The notes beneath the pieces were generated by a model. It did not search any database, was not told the origin of the DNA, and saw nothing but the letters and a program-made list of their open reading frames with translations. Of a stretch of 64,000 nucleotides of DNA, positions 56,501-64,000 are shown one piece after another (position 1 is the first letter of the stretch; every line of letters begins with the position of its first letter). The DNA is from Auanema rhodensis (Eukaryota; Animalia; Nematoda). The position numbers were made by a program, and so were the translations under genes. The stretch lies in NCBI GenBank assembly GCA_964057225.1, contig CAXKVF010000088.1, positions 124,001 to 188,000 of the forward strand. Direction: 5' to 3'.

Positions 56501-59500
56501 TTAAAGTTCACGTAAAATTCAAAGTCATGGTTACCATGAACCAATATCAATAAAAATTTGTTTTTAGACTAATATGGACATGGGGAATCTAATTTTAAAA
56601 ACCGCATCTCTTTATCTTTCACGTGAAGCGAGTTACATACCAAGTGCACATCACGTGTACATTTAATTAGCATAAATTAAAGTTCACGTAAATTTCAAAG
56701 TCATGGTTACCATGCACCAATATCAATAAAAATTTGTTTTTAGACTAATATGGACATGGGGAATCTAATTTTGAAAACCGCATCTCTTTATCTTTCACGT
56801 GAAGCGAGTTACATACCAAGTGCACATCACGTGTACATTTAATTAGCATAAATTAAAGTTCACGTAAAATTCAAAGTCATGGTTACCATGAACCAATATC
56901 AATAAAAATTTGTTTTTAGACTAATATGGACATGGGGAATCTAATTTTAAAAACCGCATCTCTTTATCTTTCACGTGAAGCGAGTTACATACCAAGTGCA
57001 CATCACGTGTACATTTAATTAGCATAAATTAAAGTTCACGTAAATTTCAAAGTCATGGTTACCATGCACCAATATCAATAAAAATTTGTTTTTAGACTAA
57101 TATGGACATGGGGAATCTAATTTTGAAAACCGCATCTCTTTATCTTTCACGTGAAGCGAGTTACATACCAAGTGCACATCACGTGTACATTTAATTAGCA
57201 TAAATTAAAGTTCACGTAAATTTCAAAGTCATGGTTACCATGCACCAATATCAATAAAAATTTGTTTTTAGACTAATATGGACATGGGGAATCTAATTTT
57301 GAAAACCGCATCTCTTTATCTTTCACGTGAAGCGAGTTACATACCAAGTGCACATCACGTGTACATTTAATTAGCATAAATTAAAGTTCACGTAAATTTC
57401 AAAGTCATGGTTACCATGAAGCAATATCAATAAAAATTTGTTTTTAGATTAATATGGACATGGGGAATCTAATTTTAAAAACCGCATCTCTTTATCTTTC
57501 ACGTGAAGCGAGTTACATACCAAGTGCACATCACGTGTACATTTAATTAGCATAAATTAAAGTTCACGTAAATTTCAAAGTCATGGTTACCATGAACCAA
57601 TATCAATAAAAATTTGTTTTTAGACTAATATGGACATGGGGAATCTAATTTTGAAAACCGCATCTCTTTATCTTTCACGTGAAGCGAGTTACATACCAAG
57701 TGCACATCACGTGTACATTTAATTAGCATAAATTAAAGTTCACGTAAATTTCAAAGTCATGGTTACCATGCACCAATATCAATAAAAATTTGTTTTTAGA
57801 CTAATATGGACATGGGGAATCTAATTTTGAAAACCGCATCTCTTTATCTTTCACGTGAAGCGAGTTACATACCAAGTGCACATCACGTGTACATTTAATT
57901 AGCATAAATTAAAGTTCACGTAAAATTCAAAGTCATGGTTACCATGAACCAATATCAATAAAAATTTGTTTTTAGACTAATATGGACATGGGGAATCTAA
58001 TTTTAAAAACCGCATCTCTTTATCTTTCACGTGAAGCGAGTTACATACCAAGTGCACATCACGTGTACATTTAATTAGCATAAATTAAAGTTCACGTAAA
58101 TTTCAAAGTCATGGTTACCATGCACCAATATCAATAAAAATTTGTTTTTAGACTAATATGGACATGGGGAATCTAATTTTGAAAACCGCATCTCTTTATC
58201 TTTCACGTGAAGCGAGTTACATACCAAGTGCACATCACGTGTACATTTAATTAGCATAAATTAAAGTTCACGTAAATTTCAAAGTCATGGTTACCATGCA
58301 CCAATATCAATAAAAATTTGTTTTTAGACTAATATGGACATGGGGAATCTAATTTTGAAAACCGCATCTCTTTATCTTTCACGTGAAGCGAGTTACATAC
58401 CAAGTGCACATCACGTGTACATTTAATTAGCATAAATTAAAGTTCACGTAAATTTCAAAGTCATGGTTACCATGAAGCAATATCAATAAAAATTTGTTTT
58501 TAGACTAATATGGAAATGGGGAATCTAATTTTGAAAACCGCATCTCTTTATCTTTCACGTGAAGCGAGTTACATACCAAGTGCACATCACGTGTACATTT
58601 AATTAGCATAAATTAAAGTTCACGTAAATTTCAAAGTCATGGTTACCATGAAGCAATATCAATAAAAATTTGTTTTTAGACTAATATGGACATGGAAAAT
58701 CTAATTTTGAAAACCGCATCTCTTTATCTTTCACGTGAAGCGAGTTACATACCAAGTGCACATCACGTGTACATTTAATTAGCATAAATTAAAGTTCACG
58801 TAAATTTCAAAGTCATGGTTACCATGAACCAATATCAATAAAAATTTGTTTTTAGACTAATATGGACATGGGGAATCTAATTTTGAAAACCGCATCTCTT
58901 TATCTTTCACGTGAAGCGAGTTACATACCAAGTGCACATCACGTGTACATTTAATTAGCATAAATTAAAGTTCACGTAAATTTCAAAGTCATGGTTACCA
59001 TGAACCAATATCAATAAAAATTTGTTTTTAGACTAATATGGACATGGGGAATCTAATTTTGAAAACCGCATCTCTTTATCTTTCACGTGAAGCGAGTTAC
59101 ATACCAAGTGCACATCACGTGTACATTTAATTAGCATAAATTAAAGTTCACGTAAATTTCAAAGTCATGGTTACCATGCACCAATATCAATAAAAATTTG
59201 TTTTTAGACTAATATGGACATGGGGAATCTAATTTTGAAAACCGCATCTCTTTATCTTTCACGTGAAGCGAGTTACATACCAAGTGCACATCACGTGTAC
59301 ATTTAATTAGCATAAATTAAAGTTCACGTAAAATTCAAAGTCATGGTTACCATGAACCAATATCAATAAAAATTTGTTTTTAGACTAATATGGACATGGG
59401 GAATCTAATTTTAAAAACCGCATCTCTTTATCTTTCACGTGAAGCGAGTTACATACCAAGTGCACATCACGTGTACATTTAATTAGCATAAATTAAAGTT

Positions 59501-61232
59501 CACGTAAATTTCAAAGTCATGGTTACCATGCACCAATATCAATAAAAATTTGTTTTTAGACTAATATGGACATGGGGAATCTAATTTTGAAAACCGCATC
59601 TCTTTATCTTTCACGTGAAGCGAGTTACATACCAAGTGCACATCACGTGTACATTTAATTAGCATAAATTAAAGTTCACGTAAATTTCAAAGTCATGGTT
59701 ACCATGCACCAATATCAATAAAAATTTGTTTTTAGACTAATATGGACATGGGGAATCTAATTTTGAAAACCGCATCTTTTTATCTTTCACGTGAAGCGAG
59801 TTACATACCAAGTGCACATCACGTGTACATTTAATTAGCATAAATTAAAGTTCACGTAAATTTCAAAGTCATGGTTACCATGAAGCAATATCAATAAAAA
59901 TTTGTTTTTAGACTAATATGGAAATGGGGAATCTAATTTTGAAAACCGCATCTCTTTATCTTTCACGTGAAGCGAGTTACATACCAAGTGCACATCACGT
60001 GTACATTTAATTAGCATAAATTAAAGTTCACGTAAATTTCAAAGTCATGGTTACCATGAAGCAATATCAATAAAAATTTGTTTTTAGACTAATATGGACA
60101 TGGAAAATCTAATTTTGAAAACCGCATCTCTTTATCTTTCACGTGAAGCGAGTTACATACCAAGTGCACATCACGTGTACATTTAATTAGCATAAATTAA
60201 AGTTCACGTAAATTTCAAAGTCATGGTTACCATGAACCAATATCAATAAAAATTTGTTTTTAGACTAATATGGACATGGGGAATCTAATTTTGAAAACCG
60301 CATCTCTTTATCTTTCACGTGAAGCGAGTTACATACCAAGTGCACATCACGTGTACATTTAATTAGCATAAATTAAAGTTCACGTAAATTTCAAAGTCAT
60401 GGTTACCATGCACCAATATCAATAAAAATTTGTTTTTAGACTAATATGGACATGGGGAATCTAATTTTGAAAACCGCATCTCTTTATCTTTCACGTGAAG
60501 CGAGTTACATACCAAGTGCACATCACGTGTACATTTAATTAGCATAAATTAAAGTTCACGTAAAATTCAAAGTCATGGTTACCATGCACCAATATCAATA
60601 AAAATTTGTTTTTAGACTAATATGGACATGGGGAATCTAATTTTGAAAACCGCATCTCTTTATCTTTTACGTGAAGCGAGTTACATACCAAGTGCACATC
60701 ACGTGTACATTTAATTAGCATAAATTAAAGTTCACGTAAATTTCAAAGTCATGGTTACCATGCACCAATATCAATAAAAATTTGTTTTTAGACTAATATG
60801 GACATGGGGAATCTAATTTTGAAAACCGCATCTCTTTATCTTTCACGTGAAGCGAGTTACATACCAAGTGCACATCACGTGTACATTTAATTAGCATAAA
60901 TTAAAGTTCACGTAAATTTCAAAGTCATGGTTACCATGCACCAATATCAATAAAAATTTGTTTTTAGACTAATATGGACATGGGGAATCTAATTTTGAAA
61001 ACCGCATCTCTTTATCTTTCACGTGAAGCGAGTTACATACCAAGTGCACATCACGTGTACATTTAATTAGCATAAATTAAAGTTCACGTAAATTTCAAAG
61101 TCATGGTTACCATGAAGCAATATCAATAAAAATTTGTTTTTAGACTAATATGGAAATGGGGAATCTAATTTTGAAAACCGCATCTCTTTATCTTTCACGT
61201 GAAGCGGGTTACATACCAAGTGCACATCACGT
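44540..61232. repeat. 176-bp tandem satellite array (right block, ~95 monomers)
   Basis: Same monomer and orientation as the left block. Ends at ...GTGCACATCACGT (61232). Confidence 0.99.
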
Positions 61233-61236
61233 CACG

Positions 61237-61406
61237 AATTATCTTCCTTTTGAAATTATCTTCCTTTTGAATTGATCTTCCTTTTGAAATTATCTTCCTT
61301 TTGAATTGATCTTCCTTTTGAAATTATCTTCCTTTTGAAATTATCTTCCTTTTGAAATTATCTTCCTTTTGAAATTATCTTCCTTTTGAAATTATCTTCC
61401 TTTTGA
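61237..61406. repeat. 17-bp tandem array (10 copies) at the 5' truncation point of element 2
   Basis: Unit AATTATCTTCCTTTTGA x8 plus variant ATTGATCTTCCTTTTGA x2 (61271, 61305). The last copy runs straight into ORF1 sequence (YLPFEIQLENNLREEAK). Confidence 0.97.
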
Positions 61407-61851
61407 AATTCAACTGGAAAACAACCTTCGCGAGGAAGCAAAAGAAAAAAACAAAAACAACACTAAGTCTGTCTTTTTGGTACGAGATCTTCGACTTATT
61501 GAAGTTTCCCGCAATCCAGCCGATCCTCCAAACCCTCAAATAGCTCCCACTTCTTCTTGTAATCAAACTCCTAAAATACCATCTATTCACAACGTTCCAT
61601 TACCAACACTCCATTCTCAAACTCTCACATCCCCAACTCTTTTTTCTAGCCCCCCTTGTAAATCTGGTAGAATGAGCCGGTCGAAGGAAAGACAGAACCG
61701 CACGTCAAAAGACAAGCGTTCTTCTGTTAGCCCAAGACGTCGCAAAAATCCACCACGATCCGCAAAATTAACCACAGATCAAATTACCAGATCTGTTAGC
61801 ATGAACAATACATCTCAACGTCTCACGTCTGACAAAATGTCCTTTCGTTAA
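61390..61851 (+). pseudogene. C-terminal remnant of ORF1 (5'-truncated)
   Basis: NYLPFEIQLENNLREEAKEKNKNNTKSVFLVRDLRLIEV...SSPPCKSGRMSRS...SPRRRKNPPR...MSFR-stop aligns with element 1 DYLPFEIELEKNLRKEAKIKNENNTEKTFLVRDLKIIEV...SPRRRKNPPR...GSFR-stop. Confidence 0.92.
61840..61851 (+). promoter_or_regulatory. Candidate +1 ribosomal frameshift site TCC TTT CGT TAA (element 2)
   Basis: Last three ORF1 codons plus stop. The ORF2 frame (+1) is open from 61805 and has no ATG until 62612. Confidence 0.72.
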
Positions 61852-64000
61852 CACTGTCACGTCTTCAACCCCCCCTGTCTCACATCCTACCAGCCTCTCA
61901 GTTCAGTGTCTTAATGCACGTTCTATTCTTAACAAACTTCATATACTATCCCACGTTATTTCTTTATCCACTCCTGATATAATTGCAATATCAGAATCAT
62001 GGCTTTTTCCTGAGTTCGATACCCACCTACTCCCATGTAAACATACTTACACTATTTTTAGAGCCGATAGGTGTCTCTCACGTGGTGGTGGTGTTGTCCT
62101 CTATATTAAAAGTCATATCAAACCTTTTCTTCTTTCCTGTTCTTCTCCTCAATCTTCTATACAATTCATTAACTTACTCATACCTTCACTTAATGCTGTT
62201 TTCTCACTTTGTTATCGTCCTCCAACAGCTTCTCATTCAGATTTCATTTCGTTTCTTTCTGATCTACGTAAACAAATTTCCAAACGATCGTTCTTCCTAA
62301 CGGGCGATCTTAATTTTCCTAAAATCAACTGGGACCTCGGTATTTGCTCTCAACCATGCTCCTCTAGTAGATCTATTCTTCAATTTCTTAACGATAGCTG
62401 TTCTCATCAGTTGGTAAAGTTCCCTACCAGAGGCAAGAACATTCTTGATTATGTTATCACTGATAACATATCCAGTGTAGGCAACATATCCCGTTCTTCC
62501 CCCCTCGGCTCCTCGGATCACCATTCTGTGGTTTTCCAAATTGTTTCAGACTCTTTTCAGTTAGCTAATACAATCAGCTCTTCTAATACTTTGTCTCCGG
62601 TAGCATTACCTATGTTTTCTGATCGCAATTTTCAAGTTGCTGACTACAATCTCATCAATCATAGACTAGCCAAAATTGATTTCGCTAATCATCTCTCCGG
62701 TCTCACTCCTTTAGATTCTTACTCTAAACTTGTTCACATTCTTCACTCGGTCATTGATAGCTGCGTTCCCAAAAAACAAGAAAGAAGAAAAAAGAAGATT
62801 GACCGAGATATTTTAAAACTCTCATCTCATATAAAAAAACTCAGTTGTTCTTATCATCATCATGATGAATCTCGTCGTAAAAAACTTTCACATTCTCTTG
62901 ATAAACTTATCAAGAATAGATTGGCTTTGGAAGAGGAACGTATTGCCAACTATAATAATTCAAAACTTCTTTACCGCTTTTGCAGAACCCGTTTGGGTGG
63001 CAGCACTTCAGATATCCCAAATCTCAAAATAGATAATGATTCTGTTTCGTCTGATTCTGACAAAGCTTCTATCTTTGCTACTACCTTCTCTGTTCGCCCC
63101 CTTCCTATCTCTCTACCACATGCTCCTCATTCCTTTTCTTCTACTATTATCGACTTTATTGATGTCTCCCCTCTCAACGTTCACAAAATTCTCTGTCAGT
63201 TACCTCTTCGGGTATCAACATCCCCAGACGGAATCCCTTATTTCTTCCTAAAAAATTGTGCTTCTACTCTCTCTCAGCCTCTGGCCTTTGTTTTCCACAA
63301 TCTACTTGTTTCCTCCTCTTGCCCTCCTGACTGGAAAACAGCTTGGATTCGTCCCGTTCATAAATCAGGACTTTCTTCTAACCCGGCTAATTATCGTCCT
63401 ATTTCTCTCACATCCAGTCTATCTAAAGTTTTTGAACGTCTCCTTCGTTCACCTCTTCTTGACTTTGGTATTTCCTCCGGCTTTATTTCTCCTAATCAGT
63501 TTGCTTTTCTTCCAAAACGCAATACTGTATCAGCAATTCTTAGTAGTCATGTTCTCTGGAGATCTGCTGTAGACAAGAAAAAACCTGTTTATGTTGCCTT
63601 TATTGACTTTTCTAAGGCTTTTGATCTCATAAATCATTCCGTTCTGTTAGCTAAATTAAAATCAATTGGCATTGCCGGCTGTATTCTCACTTTTCTCAAA
63701 AACTTCATTACTAATAGATCTTTCTCTGTATTAGTTAATTACTCTCTATCCGTCACAAATTCTTTGCCCTGTGGAGTTCCACAGGGGACAGTACTGGGTC
63801 CTCTTCTTTTTTTATTTTATATAAATGATATTACATCAAATTTACCTGATGATGTACATCCAACTCTTTATGCAGACGATCTTAAACTAAGCAGCACAAA
63901 TCCGGTAAGTTTACAACTAGCTTTGAATATTCTCAAAAACTGGTGTCTATCTAACGGTATGAAAGTTAATACTTCCAAATCCAAAGTTATGATTATATCG
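61844..64000 (+). CDS. ORF2 of element 2: APE endonuclease + reverse transcriptase (partial, open to window end; absent from the ORF track)
   Basis: Manual translation is stop-free from 61805 to 64000: LNARSILNKLH, DIIAISESW, RGGGVVLYIK, CYRPP, GDLNFP, LDY, SDH, SPDGIPY, NYRPISLTS, IDFSKAFD, GVPQGTVLGPLLF, YADD (63869-63880). Confidence 0.96.

Larger units (their letters stand above)
61237..64000 (+). mobile_element. Second CR1-like LINE, 5'-truncated within ORF1, runs past window end (element 2)
   Basis: Colinear homology with element 1 over the ORF1 C-terminus and ORF2, with many amino-acid and silent differences. This indicates a sister family rather than a recent copy. Confidence 0.95.

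Noticed and set aside
61237-61406. Telomeric repeat or de novo telomere addition
   Set aside because: The unit matches the element's own ORF1 sequence, not a telomere motif, and it is internal to the contig.
61375-63572. Track ORFs 61375-61590, 61983-62300, 62297-62539, 63036-63251 and 63258-63572
   Set aside because: Off-frame or antisense shadows. The real ORF2 is the continuous frame from 61805 to the window end.
1-64000. Assigning a host species or calling the array a functional centromere
   Set aside because: ORF1 motifs (RRD...LR.EA...VRDL.I) recall nematode CR1-like elements, but this is unverified recall. Neither host nor centromere function can be established from the sequence alone.

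Overview
Eukaryotic satellite-DNA window. About 88% of it is a highly homogeneous, AT-rich 176-bp tandem satellite (1-39341 and 44540-61232, ~320 monomers) with local higher-order duplications. Two related but clearly diverged APE-RT non-LTR retrotransposons (CR1-like LINEs) interrupt it. Element 1 is apparently full length on the minus strand (39342-44510). Element 2 is 5'-truncated on the plus strand (61237 to beyond the window end). Two features stand out. (1) Each element carries at its 5' junction a short tandem array made of its own 5'-terminal 15-20 nt (27 and 10 copies). The two units are unrelated, and in element 2 the unit is ORF1 coding sequence at the truncation point, so the arrays appear to be made de novo at insertion by reiterative, telomerase-like copying. 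(2) Both elements end ORF1 with an exactly conserved TCC TTT CGT TRA, with ORF2 overlapping in the +1 frame. This is the known +1 ribosomal frameshift motif of influenza PA-X. Element 2 has no in-frame AUG before the end of its endonuclease domain, which suggests ORF2 is expressed by programmed +1 frameshifting.
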